A DNA stretch of 64,000 nt, taken from the NCBI GenBank assembly GCA_945929845.1, contig CAMEON010000003.1, forward strand, positions 16,723 through 80,722, read 5' to 3'. Positions 36,653-46,163 of this stretch are shown here, one piece after another. The position numbers were made by a program, and so were the translations under genes. The stretch is from an uncultured Clostridia bacterium. GTDB lineage: Bacteria > Bacillota > Clostridia > Oscillospirales > CAG-272. Under the pieces are notes generated by a model that saw nothing but the letters and a program-made list of their open reading frames with translations, ran no database searches and was not told the DNA's origin. Each line of letters begins with the position of its first letter. Position 1 is the stretch's first letter.

Positions 36653-36681
36653 TTGCATTCCGGGGGACTTTGTGCTATACT
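36653..36681 (+). promoter_or_regulatory. SigA-type promoter of the LRR lipoprotein gene
   Basis: TTGCAT (36653-36658), 17 nt, TGC-TATACT (36676-36681). Confidence 0.6.
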
Positions 36682-36731
36682 GTAGGCAGACGCAAAGGAT
36701 CTGCCTGCGGCAGAGCAGAGGAGGAAGTATC

Positions 36732-38171
36732 ATGAAGGGAAGCAGAAAAAAATACAGACGGCCCGGCACTGTCCTGGCCCTGTGCCTGGCGGGGCTTGTC
36801 CTGACCGGGGCACTGGCCGGATGCGGGGACGGCCCGGCAGGCGGAAATACCTCCGGGGAAACAGTGGCAACGGTGGCAGGGGTGGAAACCGACAGTCTGT
36901 CGGACAGCCTGTCTGATACCCTGCCGGACGACCGAGCCTTTACCCCGGTGGATGCCTATGCCGCCCGGCTGACCGATGCCTTTGCCGCCGCCACGCCGGT
37001 GCCGGAGGAGGATGTGACCTATACCACCGACGGGGGCGGCGCTGTCCTGACCGGCTACACCGGCGGGGAGACCGTGGTTGTCATTCCGGACACCCTGGGC
37101 GGCCTGCCGGTGACGGCGGTGGCCGAGGGTGCTTTCCGGGACATGAGCAGTCTGCGTGCCCTGTCCCTGCCAGCCACTGTCCGCTCCGTGGGCTTTGGTG
37201 CCTTGCAGGGGTGCCGGAGCCTGGCTACCCTGCGGACACCGATCATGACCTGCGGGGAGGCGGGGGACTGGTTCGGTGCGCTGTTCGGGGCGGCCTCCTA
37301 TGAGATCAACGCCTCGGAGGTGCCCTCCTCCCTGACCACCCTCCTTATCACCGGCGGCGATACCGTGCCAAAGGGGTGCTTCTACGGGTGTACCAGTCTG
37401 GAGGCAGTAGGTCTGCCGGAGGGCGTGAAGAGCCTGGAGCCGTTCGCCTTTTACGGGTGCGACAGCCTGGCCTATGTCACCCTGCCGGACGGCCTTGTTT
37501 CGGTGGGACAGTACGCCTTCGCTTACTGTCCTTCCCTTCTGAACCTGTCTGTCCCCGCCTCGGTGGAGGCCATGGGCATCAGTATGCTGGAGGGCTGTGG
37601 GGCGCTGGAAACGCTGACCCTACCCTTTGTGGGGGAGAGCCGGGAGGCGGCAGACCATCGCTACCTCGGCTACCTGTTCGGAGCCGCCGACCACACCTTC
37701 ACCGAGGGCTACATACCCGCCTCCCTGATCCGCCTCACCCTGCTGCCCGGTTGCGGAGACATCCCGGCCAACGCCTTTTACAGCTGCTCCCGCCTCCGGG
37801 AGGTGATCCTGCCGGAGGGCGTGACCGCCATCGGTCATCGGGCTTTCTACCGGTGTGCGTACCTGGCGGCCATCGCCCTGCCGGATAGCCTCCGGGCTAT
37901 CGGTGACGAGGCCTTCAAGAGCTGTGCCCGGCTGACGGATGTGGACTTGTCCATGGTAGCAGACGGGCAACAGCTGGGCGTGCAGTGCTTCATGAATTGC
38001 ACAAGCCTTGTGACCGTGACCTTGTCCGGTAGCCTGTCCGCCCTGCCGGACGGTATGTTCTCCGGCTGTACAGTCCTTTCGGAAGTGAGGGGCAACGACA
38101 GCCTGCCCCGGAGCGGCAGTGCCTTTTACGGTTGCGACCGGCTGGCCGGGCGGGAGGAAAGCGGGACATAG
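36732..38171 (+). CDS. BspA-type leucine-rich-repeat surface lipoprotein
   Basis: The start is reassigned to the ATG at 36732 (RBS GGAGGAAG). The upstream part of ORF 36450 lies inside repeat copy B. Lipobox LAGC/GDG. Repeated ...AF.GC.SL..V.LP..V..IG..AF... units. Confidence 0.8.
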   Translation: MKGSRKKYRRPGTVLALCLAGLVLTGALAGCGDGPAGGNTSGETVATVAGVETDSLSDSLSDTLPDDRAFTPVDAYAARLTDAFAAATPVPEEDVTYTTDGGGAVLTGYTGGETVVVIPDTLGGLPVTAVAEGAFRDMSSLRALSLPATVRSVGFGALQGCRSLATLRTPIMTCGEAGDWFGALFGAASYEINASEVPSSLTTLLITGGDTVPKGCFYGCTSLEAVGLPEGVKSLEPFAFYGCDSLAYVTLPDGLVSVGQYAFAYCPSLLNLSVPASVEAMGISMLEGCGALETLTLPFVGESREAADHRYLGYLFGAADHTFTEGYIPASLIRLTLLPGCGDIPANAFYSCSRLREVILPEGVTAIGHRAFYRCAYLAAIALPDSLRAIGDEAFKSCARLTDVDLSMVADGQQLGVQCFMNCTSLVTVTLSGSLSALPDGMFSGCTVLSEVRGNDSLPRSGSAFYGCDRLAGREESGT

Positions 38172-38211
38172 GCCACGCTCCCCTTCCCCAGTCCGGGCTT
38201 CCCGTCAGGTG

Positions 38212-38766
38212 TTACTCCACGGTCGTCTTTTCAAACCCGTGGATGAAGCCGGAGACATCCGCAGAGCATATGTCTCCCCCGATGACACGGTTGCGGTACA
38301 CCAACACATTGGCGTACACCGGGCCTTCCCAGCCGTCATAGTTGGTCACGGCAAAGGTGTAGCGGGTGACGGACTTCTTCTTGTACTTGGTCAGATCCAG
38401 CCCCTGAGCCTTCTGCATCTCGTTGTACCCGGCAAAGACCTTGTCAAACTCCGCCGGGATGGTCACCTGGGCGGTCTCGGCCGACCCCGCATCCACCACC
38501 CAGCCGAACTGGGACAGGAAGCCGGCGGCGCTGTCAGCGGATTTGACCTTGTCGTAGGTGTATGTAACCGCCGTGGAGCTGTCGCCCGCCTGCGCACCCT
38601 CCCCGGCCTGGCCGGCTCCCGATGCGTTGGCCGCCTGCCCCTTGTCGGTGGTGCTGTCACCCGCATAGGCAGGGACAAAGGCGATCAGGGTGATCAGAGC
38701 CGCCAGAGCGATGCACACAATGCCGAAGAACCGGATGGTGCTGGCCCGCATGGAATAAATGAACAT
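38212..38766 (-). CDS. DUF4830-like membrane-anchored protein
   Basis: N-terminal TM anchor. GFLSQFGWVVD...IPAEFDKVFAGYNEMQKAQGLDLTKYKKKSVTRYTF matches the family as recalled. Confidence 0.5.
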   Translation of the reverse strand: MFIYSMRASTIRFFGIVCIALAALITLIAFVPAYAGDSTTDKGQAANASGAGQAGEGAQAGDSSTAVTYTYDKVKSADSAAGFLSQFGWVVDAGSAETAQVTIPAEFDKVFAGYNEMQKAQGLDLTKYKKKSVTRYTFAVTNYDGWEGPVYANVLVYRNRVIGGDICSADVSGFIHGFEKTTVE

Positions 38767-38891
38767 ATGCTTCTCCTCCGTTCATGCAGTGATCCTATGG
38801 ACTGGTAGAGTGTATGCGGCGGGCAGGAAAAGTATGATTCAGTCAGAAAACTGTCGCCGGAATTGTGGTCGATATATGACCGTACCCTTGC

Positions 38892-39046
38892 TTTGAAAGT
38901 TCTTGGGGGTCTGGGTTCAGAAGTTTGCCGCATGGCAAACTTCATGCACTGGCAACATCCGGCATCGCCGGTGGAGCCAGTGCTGTTCTTCTCAAGAAGC
39001 CCCCAGGCGTTCTCCTCCCCCACCTGAACTGTAACCGTACTGTAAC
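38892..39046 (-). repeat. Partial or derived MITE copy D. One end has an expanded hairpin and finishes with GAACTGTAAC-c-GTACTGTAAC.
   Basis: TTTGAAAGTTCTTGGGGGTCTGG...CAAGAAGCCCCCAGGCGTTCTCC...CACCTGAACTGTAAC matches the reverse complement of the copy B 5' end. It shares the GAAGTTTGCCGCATGGCAAACTTC hairpin with copy E. Confidence 0.8.
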
Positions 39047-39073
39047 AAATTTTTCAGAATTTTTCGATTTTTA

Positions 39074-39102
39074 TTGACAAATTGCGCACAGTCGGTTATA
39101 AT
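39074..39102 (+). promoter_or_regulatory. SigA-type promoter of the T-box leader
   Basis: TTGACA (39074-39079), 17 nt, TATAAT (39097-39102). Confidence 0.75.
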
Positions 39103-39109
39103 ATCCGTA

Positions 39110-39452
39110 ACATTGGCGATGACCAGAGGCAAGTAGGCCGGGGGATCCGCACAGAGAACTGCCGGGTGGTGCGAGGCAGGGGGAGAAGCCGGGCTGAATA
39201 CGATCTGTGAGCTGTGTCCCCAAGGATCGACTGCCCGCCGGGCAGGAACCGAAGGGGCAACGGGTCTGCCCGTTACAGCAGAATGACATGACCGCAGGAT
39301 CATCCGCAGACCGGAGATGGCCAACCGGATGCAGACATTCCTCCCGGATACGTCGGCGAGGCCTCTTTCCGCAAGGGAGAGGTGAATAGAGGTGGTACCG
39401 CGGATCCGCCGCCCTCTGACCCCACGGTGGGGACAGGGCGGTGTTTTTGTGT
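39110..39452 (+). promoter_or_regulatory. T-box riboswitch leader (tRNA-sensing transcription attenuator)
   Basis: K-turn GCGATGA...TGAGC, S-turn AGTA, AGAGA bulge, distal loop GGGTGGTGCGA and the specifier region GAA-TAC-GA. The T-box sequence AATAGAGGTGGTACCGCG is at 39385-39402. A terminator hairpin at 39409-39441 is followed by TGTTTTTGT. Confidence 0.8.
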
Positions 39453-39558
39453 CCCTGTGCCTTACCGACCATCACATCAGGAGCTACGCCCGCCGGGCGA
39501 TGGCTCGCCGCAGGTACCGGAACAGAAAACCGGCAGGCGGCAGAAAGGAAGGTCAGTC

Positions 39559-41184
39559 ATGGTAGTCAAAATCATTCTCATTGTGGTATTCTTCGCCGCC
39601 CTTCTGGCAGTCGGCGTGGCTAGCCGGAGGAAGAGCCGGGGCGTGGAGGGCTTCGTCCTGGGCGGGCGGGCCGTAGGTCCCTGGCTCACCGCCTTCTCCT
39701 TCGGCACCTCCTACTTCTCGGCCGTCATCTTCATTGGGTACGCCGGCCGGTTCGGTTGGAACTTCGGCCTGGCCTCCACCTGGATCGGCCTTGGCAATGC
39801 CTTCATCGGCTCCCTTCTGGCCTGGGTGGTGCTGGGACGCCGCACCCGCATCATGACCCAGCATCTGGGTAGCCGCACCATGCCGGACTTCTTCGGCCTG
39901 CGATTCGGCTCCCGTGCCCTGCGGCTGTGCTCCGCTGTCATTGTATTCCTGTTCCTGATCCCCTACACCGCTTCCCTGTTCAATGGCCTGTCCCAGCTCT
40001 TTTCCACCTCCTTCCGTGGCCTGAACTACGCCTGGTGGGTGATCATCATGGCGGTACTCACCGGTATCTATGTCATCATCGGTGGGTACATGGGTTCCGC
40101 AGTGAACAACTTCATTCAGGGTATCATCATGCTGGTGGGTATCGTGGCCGTCGTCGGTGCTGTGCTGTCCCAGAACGGCGGCCTGACCGAGGCCATCGCC
40201 GCCCTGTCCGCCGGGCAGACCGTCACTTCCTCCGGCACGGTGTTTCAGGGCGCTTACGCCTCCTTCCTCGGCCCCCAGCCGTTGCAGCTTCTGGGCGTGG
40301 TGATCCTGACCTCCCTGGGCACCTGGGGTCTGCCCCAGATGGTGGGCAAGTTCTACGCCATCAAGGACGAGGGAGCCATCAAGAAAGGGACTGTCATCTC
40401 CACCTTCTTCGCCGTGGTTGTGGCCGGCGGCTGTTACTTCCTGGGCGGCTTTGGTCGTCTGTACGCCGACAGCATCCCCATGGCCGCCGATGGTGTCACG
40501 CCTGCCTCCTTCGATGCCATCATCCCCGCCATGCTGGAATCCGTGAATATCCACCTGGGACAGGGCGGTGATTGGCTGATCGGCCTTGTGCTGATCCTGG
40601 TGCTGGCGGCCTCCATGTCCACTCTGTCCTCTCTGGTCATCACCTCCGCCTCCACCATCACCCTTGACCTGGTAAACGTCCTGCGGGGGAAGCAGGGGAA
40701 GGAAAAGCGGGATCTGCTCCTGATGCGCCTGCTCATCGCCCTGTCCATCGCCGTATCCGCTGTCATTGCCATCGTGGTGGCGAACAACAAGGATCTTGCC
40801 AGCCGCCTGTACATCTCTGACCTGATGGGCATTTCCTGGGGCACGCTGGCCGGCTGCTTCCTGGCTCCCTTCCTGTACGGGCTGTTCTGGAAGAAGGTCA
40901 CCCGCCCCGCCGTGTGGGCCAGCTTTGCCACCGGCCTTGGCATCACCCTGTCGGAGTTCGTGCTGACCTCGGTGGCGCATATCCGTTTTGCCAACCCGGT
41001 ACTGGCTTACTTCTTCAATTCCCCCATCAATGCCGGTATGCTGGCTATGCTGGTGGGTCTTGTGGTGGTGCCGCTGGTCAGCCTGCTGACCAAAAAGGCC
41101 GTGCCGGAGGGCGTGGACGCTATGTTCTCCTGCTACAACCGTGTGGTGGAAGTGCCGGTCAGCACGGCACTGGAGGAGCAGTGA
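39559..41184 (+). CDS. Sodium:solute symporter family (SSF) transporter
   Basis: The start is reassigned to the ATG at 39559 (RBS GAAAGGAAGG). ~13 TM. GRAVGPWLTAFSFGTSYFSAVIFIGYAG is typical of the SSF/PutP/PanF family. Confidence 0.8.
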   Translation: MVVKIILIVVFFAALLAVGVASRRKSRGVEGFVLGGRAVGPWLTAFSFGTSYFSAVIFIGYAGRFGWNFGLASTWIGLGNAFIGSLLAWVVLGRRTRIMTQHLGSRTMPDFFGLRFGSRALRLCSAVIVFLFLIPYTASLFNGLSQLFSTSFRGLNYAWWVIIMAVLTGIYVIIGGYMGSAVNNFIQGIIMLVGIVAVVGAVLSQNGGLTEAIAALSAGQTVTSSGTVFQGAYASFLGPQPLQLLGVVILTSLGTWGLPQMVGKFYAIKDEGAIKKGTVISTFFAVVVAGGCYFLGGFGRLYADSIPMAADGVTPASFDAIIPAMLESVNIHLGQGGDWLIGLVLILVLAASMSTLSSLVITSASTITLDLVNVLRGKQGKEKRDLLLMRLLIALSIAVSAVIAIVVANNKDLASRLYISDLMGISWGTLAGCFLAPFLYGLFWKKVTRPAVWASFATGLGITLSEFVLTSVAHIRFANPVLAYFFNSPINAGMLAMLVGLVVVPLVSLLTKKAVPEGVDAMFSCYNRVVEVPVSTALEEQ

Positions 41185-41207
41185 TACCAACCCGCAGATT
41201 TTCCCGA

Positions 41208-41239
41208 GGGGCTGTTGCGCAGAGCAACAGCCCCTTTTT
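41208..41239 (+). terminator. Rho-independent terminator
   Basis: GGGGCTGTTGC-gcaga-GCAACAGCCCC followed by TTTTT. Confidence 0.85.
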
Positions 41240-41244
41240 ATGGG

Positions 41245-41312
41245 AGGACGAGGGGAACGATGGGGGGACTTTCTATAGAAAGTCCCCCCGAACCCCTTCA
41301 AAGACTTTTCAC
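41245..41312 (+). repeat. Partial MITE-related copy G (hairpin-1 module only)
   Basis: GGGGGGACTTTCT-ata-GAAAGTCCCCCC perfect hairpin followed by CCCCTTCAAAGACTTTTCAC. This parallels GGGAAACTTCTT-gaa-AGAAGTTTCCC + CCCTTCAAGAACTTTCAAAAC in copy A. Confidence 0.6.
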
Positions 41313-41348
41313 GCATGGTTATCATTCAGAAAAAATTTCTGAAACCCC

Positions 41349-41401
41349 TTGACAAACCACACCGGAAGGTGTATAATACAAACACTTGAACATATGCTCA
41401 A
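41349..41401 (+). promoter_or_regulatory. SigA-type promoter plus a candidate ArsR/CadC operator
   Basis: TTGACA (41349-41354), 17 nt, TATAAT (41372-41377). The 16-bp near-palindrome TTGAACATATGCTCAA (41386-41401) sits just downstream. Confidence 0.65.
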
Positions 41402-41420
41402 TTGTTTGAAGGAGGAGACG

Positions 41421-41843
41421 ATGGAAGAAAGCACTGTGAACCTGCATAGCAATCCGCAAATTTCTGCCCAGGATGCGAACCGGGATCCGGCTGTCGAAGC
41501 ACCGGTGTGCGAGCAGCCCGAGACCCACCCGGACATCATAGCGCAGGTGCGGGAGAAGATGCCCGGAGACGGAGAACAGCTCCGGCTGGCCGACCTGTTC
41601 CGCATGTTCGGTGATCCCACCCGGGTGCAGATCCTGTCTGCCCTGCTGGCCTCCGAGCTGTGCGTCTGCGACCTGGCTCAACTGCTGGGGCTGACGGTCT
41701 CAGCCGTTTCCCATCAGCTTCGCCTGCTCAAAACGGCGGGGCTGGTGACATACCGGCGGGCGGGGAAAAATGTGATCTACGCCCTGGCCGACGACCATGT
41801 CCGCACCATTCTGGCCTGCGGCATGGAACACATTCTGGAATAA
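41421..41843 (+). CDS. cadC: ArsR/SmtB-family metal-sensing repressor (CadC-like)
   Basis: The start is reassigned to the ATG at 41421 (RBS AAGGAGGAG). ELCVCDLAQLLGLTVSAVSHQLRLLK is the HTH with the alpha3 Cys pair. Confidence 0.8.
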   Translation: MEESTVNLHSNPQISAQDANRDPAVEAPVCEQPETHPDIIAQVREKMPGDGEQLRLADLFRMFGDPTRVQILSALLASELCVCDLAQLLGLTVSAVSHQLRLLKTAGLVTYRRAGKNVIYALADDHVRTILACGMEHILE

Positions 41844-41870
41844 CATTTCACTCAGAAAGGAGATACGGGT

Positions 41871-42092
41871 ATGAGAAAGGTATTTGAAATGGAGGATCTG
41901 GACTGCGCCAACTGTGCGGCCAGAATGGAGGAGGCCATCCGGAAGATCGATGGCGTGACCTATGTGAACATCAGCTTCATCGCCCAGCGGATGACGCTGG
42001 AGGCAGACGATGCGGTATTCGATGCCATTGCCAAAAAGGCCGCCAAGGCCTGCGCCCGGATAGACAGTGACTGCCGGGTGATCCTCAAGTAA
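41871..42092 (+). CDS. Stand-alone heavy-metal-associated (HMA-like) domain protein
   Basis: MRKVFEMEDLDCANCAARMEEAIRKIDGV... is the DCANCA-type N-terminal domain. In clostridial Cd/Zn ATPases it is normally fused to the ATPase. Confidence 0.7.
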   Translation: MRKVFEMEDLDCANCAARMEEAIRKIDGVTYVNISFIAQRMTLEADDAVFDAIAKKAAKACARIDSDCRVILK

Positions 42093-42102
42093 AGGCGACG
42101 CC

Positions 42103-44046
42103 ATGAAAAGGAAACAAAAGCGGGCACTGGCGGAAATACTGATCTCCGGTGCGATCTTCCTTGTTTGCGAGGGTCTGTCCCTCTCCGGTGTGTTGCCTGC
42201 CCCCACAGACGGGTACGACTGGGTGACGCTCTGCGTGTTCCTGGTTCCCTACTTCTGCATCGGGTGGCGGGTGTTGGCTAAGGCCGCCCGGAACATTGCC
42301 CACGGGCAGGTGTTTGATGAGAATTTTCTCATGGCGCTGGCTACGGTGGGTGCCCTGTGTATCGGGGAATACCCGGAAGCGGTGTTCGTCATGCTGTTCT
42401 ACCGTGTGGGCGAATGGTTTGAGGACCTGGCGGTCGGCAGGAGCCGAGCCTCCATCGCCGCCCTGATGCAGATCCGCCCGGACAGTGCCAACCTGGAGCG
42501 GGACGGTGCCGTGGTGGAGGTCTCCCCGGAGGAGGTAGCCGTAGGTGACATCATCCAGGTACGCCCCGGGGAAAAGATCCCGCTGGACGGCGTGATCCTG
42601 GAAGGCGCCACCACCCTGGACACCGTGGCTCTGACCGGGGAGTCGGTGCCCCGGGATGCGGAGGTCGGGGACACGGTGATCAGCGGATGCGTCAACCAGA
42701 GCGGCCTCATCCGGGTGCAGGTGTCCAAGGTATTCGGAGAGTCAACCGTGTCAAAGATCCTGTCTCTGGTGGAAAATGCCGGGGAGCGGAAATCCAGGAG
42801 CGAGCATTTCATCACCCGCTTCGCCAAGTATTACACCCCCTCGGTGGTGATCGCGGCAGTGCTGTTGGCTGTCCTTCCCCCGCTGATCATCGGCCCCTCG
42901 GATTTTTCCGTATGGAGCACCTGGATCTACCGGGCCATGTCCTTCCTGGTGGTCTCCTGTCCCTGTGCGCTGGTCATTTCGGTGCCGCTGTCCTTCTTCG
43001 GCGGGATCGGCGGTGCCTCCCGTCAGGGTATTCTGATCAAAGGCTCCAACTACCTGGAAGCTCTGGCAGCTTGCGATACGGTGGTCTTTGACAAGACCGG
43101 CACACTGACCGAGGGACGGTTCGCCGTCAGCGAGATCCTGCCCTCCGGCGATGTGTCCCCGGACGATCTGCTCCGCTATGCGGCCGGGGCGGAAGCCTAC
43201 TCCAGCCACCCCATTGCCCGGGCTTTGCGGGAGGCCGTGGCAAAGCCCTTGGAGGAGGGGGAGCTTCATCCGGCTACGGTGGAGGAGATCGCCGGGCACG
43301 GGGTGAGGGCGACGGTGGGAACCGTAGCCGGAAGCAGTCCCTCTTGCCTGCCCTCCCGGCAGGTGTTGTGCGGCAACCGGCGGCTGATGGAGTCTGCCGG
43401 GGTGGCATACGCCCCCTGCGACAGGCCGGGTACCGTGGTGTATGTGGCACTGGACGGCGTGTATGCCGGATGCCTAGTGGTAGCTGACCGGATCAAGGCG
43501 GATGCCGCCGGAGCCATGGAGGCTCTGCGAGCCTGTGGCGTGACCCGGACGGTGATGCTGACCGGCGATGGGGAGGCCGTGGCCGGGGAGGTCGCCCGGC
43601 AGCTGGGGATCAGCGAGTACCGGGCCGGGCTTCTGCCCGGGGACAAGGTGGACTGTCTGGAGTCCATTCTGAATGACAGCCACCGAGGCCGGGGCAGCAA
43701 GGTCGCCTTCGTGGGGGACGGCATCAACGATGCCCCGGTGCTGGCCCGTGCCGACATCGGCATCGCCATGGGCGGTATGGGCTCGGATGCGGCCATTGAA
43801 GCGGCGGATGTGGTGCTCATGGACGACAAGCCCTCCGGCATTGCTAAGGCAGTGGGCATCGCCCGGCGCACCCTCCGCATCGTGCGGCAGAATATTGTCT
43901 TTGCCCTGGCGGTCAAGGCCGCTGTGCTGATCCTGACTGCGCTGGGTGTCCTGGGCGATGCCGGGATGTGGGTCGCCGTCTTCGCCGATGTGGGTGTGGC
44001 TGTCCTGGCCATTCTCAACGCCATGCGCGCCATGCGGGTCAAGTAA
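42103..44046 (+). CDS. cadA: P1B-type Cd2+/Zn2+-translocating ATPase
   Basis: TM6 CPC (VSCPCALVISVP), [15 protein letters not shown] and TM8 FADVGVAVLAILNAMR (Asp typical of the Zn/Cd subgroup). Confidence 0.85.
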   Translation: MKRKQKRALAEILISGAIFLVCEGLSLSGVLPAPTDGYDWVTLCVFLVPYFCIGWRVLAKAARNIAHGQVFDENFLMALATVGALCIGEYPEAVFVMLFYRVGEWFEDLAVGRSRASIAALMQIRPDSANLERDGAVVEVSPEEVAVGDIIQVRPGEKIPLDGVILEGATTLDTVALTGESVPRDAEVGDTVISGCVNQSGLIRVQVSKVFGESTVSKILSLVENAGERKSRSEHFITRFAKYYTPSVVIAAVLLAVLPPLIIGPSDFSVWSTWIYRAMSFLVVSCPCALVISVPLSFFGGIGGASRQGILIKGSNYLEALAACDTVVFDKTGTLTEGRFAVSEILPSGDVSPDDLLRYAAGAEAYSSHPIARALREAVAKPLEEGELHPATVEEIAGHGVRATVGTVAGSSPSCLPSRQVLCGNRRLMESAGVAYAPCDRPGTVVYVALDGVYAGCLVVADRIKADAAGAMEALRACGVTRTVMLTGDGEAVAGEVARQLGISEYRAGLLPGDKVDCLESILNDSHRGRGSKVAFVGDGINDAPVLARADIGIAMGGMGSDAAIEAADVVLMDDKPSGIAKAVGIARRTLRIVRQNIVFALAVKAAVLILTALGVLGDAGMWVAVFADVGVAVLAILNAMRAMRVK

Positions 44047-44083
44047 GCAGGAAATGCGCAGGACCTTGATAGCATTTCATACG

Positions 44084-44176
44084 AAACAGAGCGTTATGTC
44101 CTTTCTGTATCGTTTTCCAAATGCCGGAATGAACCGGTATCGGAAGCGATACAGAAGGCACAACGCTCTGTTTTAT
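44084..44176 (+). terminator. Long imperfect inverted repeat followed by a T-tract; probable cadA terminator
   Basis: AAACAGAGCGTTATGTCCTTTCTGTATCG ... CGATACAGAAGGCACAACGCTCTGTTTT. Confidence 0.5.
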
Positions 44177-44216
44177 CGTGAAGGTGCTGTCCCTTCCCTG
44201 CCTTTCTCTCCCCCGA

Positions 44217-44252
44217 ACGAAAAAGGAGGAACCTCCCGAAAGAAGTTCCTCC
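44217..44252 (-). terminator. rplA terminator
   Basis: Minus strand: GGAGGAAC-ttctttcgggag-GTTCCTCC followed by TTTTTCG. Confidence 0.7.
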
Positions 44253-44276
44253 CTGCAACAGGGTTCAGGCAGGTGA

Positions 44277-44972
44277 TCAGCTCAGCTTAGCCTGGTTGAT
44301 CTTGATGCCGGGGCCCATGGTGGAAGCGATGACACAGCTCTTGATATACTGACCCTTGCAGGCAGCGGGACGAGCCTTGACGACAGCACCGACCAGCGTA
44401 TCAAAGTTAGCCTGCAGCTTCTCGGCACCGAAGGATGCCTTGCCGATGGGGCAGTGGATGATGTTGGTCTTGTCCAGACGGTACTCGATCTTACCGGCCT
44501 TGGCTTCCCGGACGGCACGAGCCACATCCGGGGTCACAGTGCCGGCCTTGGGGGAGGGCATCAGGCCCTTGGGACCCAGCACCTTACCCAGACGACCGAT
44601 GGTACCCATCATGTCCGGAGAGGCGATGACCACATCGAAATCGAACCAGTTCTCCTTCTGGATCTTCTCGGCATACTCCACGCCGCCCACATAGTCAGCA
44701 CCGGCATCCAGTGCCTTCTGCACATTGTCGCCCTTGGCGAAGACCAGCACTTTGGCGGTCTTACCGGTACCGTTGGGCAGAACCACGGCACCACGGACCT
44801 GCTGGTCAGCGTGACGGGAGTCAACACCCAGGCGGATGTGGATCTCGATGGTCTCATCGAACTTGGCGCGGGAGGTCTGGCAGACCAGTGCCAGTGCCTC
44901 GGCGGGATCATACATCTTATTCTTTTCCAGCAGCTTCACGCTGTCTGCATACTTCTTTCCGACTTTAGCCAT
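44277..44972 (-). CDS. rplA: 50S ribosomal protein L1
   Basis: [15 protein letters not shown]...[18 protein letters not shown]... is unmistakably L1. Confidence 0.97.
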   Translation of the reverse strand: MAKVGKKYADSVKLLEKNKMYDPAEALALVCQTSRAKFDETIEIHIRLGVDSRHADQQVRGAVVLPNGTGKTAKVLVFAKGDNVQKALDAGADYVGGVEYAEKIQKENWFDFDVVIASPDMMGTIGRLGKVLGPKGLMPSPKAGTVTPDVARAVREAKAGKIEYRLDKTNIIHCPIGKASFGAEKLQANFDTLVGAVVKARPAACKGQYIKSCVIASTMGPGIKINQAKLS

Positions 44973-44991
44973 TGTGTTGTACCTCCTCTAC

Positions 44992-45417
44992 TCAGTCCTC
45001 GACCGTGATACCCATGCTGCGGGCCGTTCCGGCAACCATGCTCATGGCGGCCTCCAGGGAAGCGGCGTTCAGGTCGGGCATCTTGATGGTGGCGATCTTC
45101 TTCACCTGTTCCCGGGTCAGCTTGGCTACCTTGGTCTTGTTGGGGACGGCAGAGCCGGACTCAATGCCTGCTTCCTTCTTGATGAGGACAGCGGCAGGGG
45201 GGGTCTTGGTGATGAAAGTGAAGGAACGGTCGGCGTAGACGGTGATGACGACCGGGATGATGAGGCCGATGTCATTCTTGGTCTGCTCGTTGAAGGCCTT
45301 GGTGAAGACAGGGATAGCAACACCGTACTGACCCAGAGCCGGGCCGACAGGGGGCTGCGGGGTGGCCTTACCGGCGGGAAGCTGCAGCTTGATATAACCC
45401 AAAATTTTCTTTGCCAT
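44992..45417 (-). CDS. rplK: 50S ribosomal protein L11
   Basis: [33 protein letters not shown].... The start is reassigned to the ATG at 45417 (141 aa). Confidence 0.97.
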   Translation of the reverse strand: MAKKILGYIKLQLPAGKATPQPPVGPALGQYGVAIPVFTKAFNEQTKNDIGLIIPVVITVYADRSFTFITKTPPAAVLIKKEAGIESGSAVPNKTKVAKLTREQVKKIATIKMPDLNAASLEAAMSMVAGTARSMGITVED

Positions 45418-45599
45418 AATGAATAAACCTCCAGATGTGGTACTTGCACGGGAGAAGGGCCAGGGGCGAATTTTCTCCCTCCCACGACAGCTTGCGGTAT
45501 AGCGGACGCAGGCTGTATTCTTGAATGTAGTATCCGGTCTGCTTTGCGGGGACGCACTGGTGGGCACCCTGCGGGGTTGACCGCACCCCGGAGAAAGGA

Positions 45600-46139
45600 T
45601 CAGTCAGCCGGTTTGATCATGGAGACATCCATCTCCACCGGCATATCACGGCGACCGCGCTTGACCAGCACGGTGGCGTTGCGCATGTCATCGGAGATCG
45701 ACAGGACAGTCCCGGTATATCCCTCGAACAGGCCGCCCACGATCTTCACATTGTCACCGACCTGGAAGGACAGGCGAACCTTGACCTCCTCGATGTTCAA
45801 TGCTTCCACCTCCGCATCGCTGAGCGGTGTGGGGCGGGATCCGGGGCCTACGAAACCGGTCACGCCGGTGATATTCCGGACTGCGTGCCAGCTGGCATCG
45901 GTCATGATCATCTTGACGAAGACATAGCTGGGGAAGGTCTTTACCTCCACCGTCTTCTCGGTGTCCCCGTTCTTCTCCACAACGGTCTCCACCGGGATCC
46001 GGACATCGTAGATCAGGTCTCCGAGTCCGCGGTTCTCCACGATCTTTTCAAGGTTTGCTTTGACCTTGCTTTCATAGCCTGAATAGGTGTGCGCCACATA
46101 CCACCGCAGGCCTACATTCATCTTATCAATATCACTCAT
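45600..46139 (-). CDS. nusG: Transcription termination/antitermination factor NusG
   Basis: [20 protein letters not shown] (NGN domain) and [21 protein letters not shown] (KOW domain). Confidence 0.95.
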   Translation of the reverse strand: MSDIDKMNVGLRWYVAHTYSGYESKVKANLEKIVENRGLGDLIYDVRIPVETVVEKNGDTEKTVEVKTFPSYVFVKMIMTDASWHAVRNITGVTGFVGPGSRPTPLSDAEVEALNIEEVKVRLSFQVGDNVKIVGGLFEGYTGTVLSISDDMRNATVLVKRGRRDMPVEMDVSMIKPAD

Positions 46140-46163
46140 GATTCCAGCACCTGTAATACCCGG

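Noticed and set aside
39382-39558. N-terminal 59 codons of ORF 39382-41184
   Set aside because: This stretch covers the T-box sequence and its terminator. A good RBS and a hydrophobic N-terminus begin at the ATG at 39559.
45418-45599. An L1 autoregulatory mRNA mimic in the nusG-rplK spacer (GGGAGGGAGAA...TTCTCCC stem)
   Set aside because: It is plausible from E. coli precedent, but I could not match it to a defined motif by eye. It is left unannotated.
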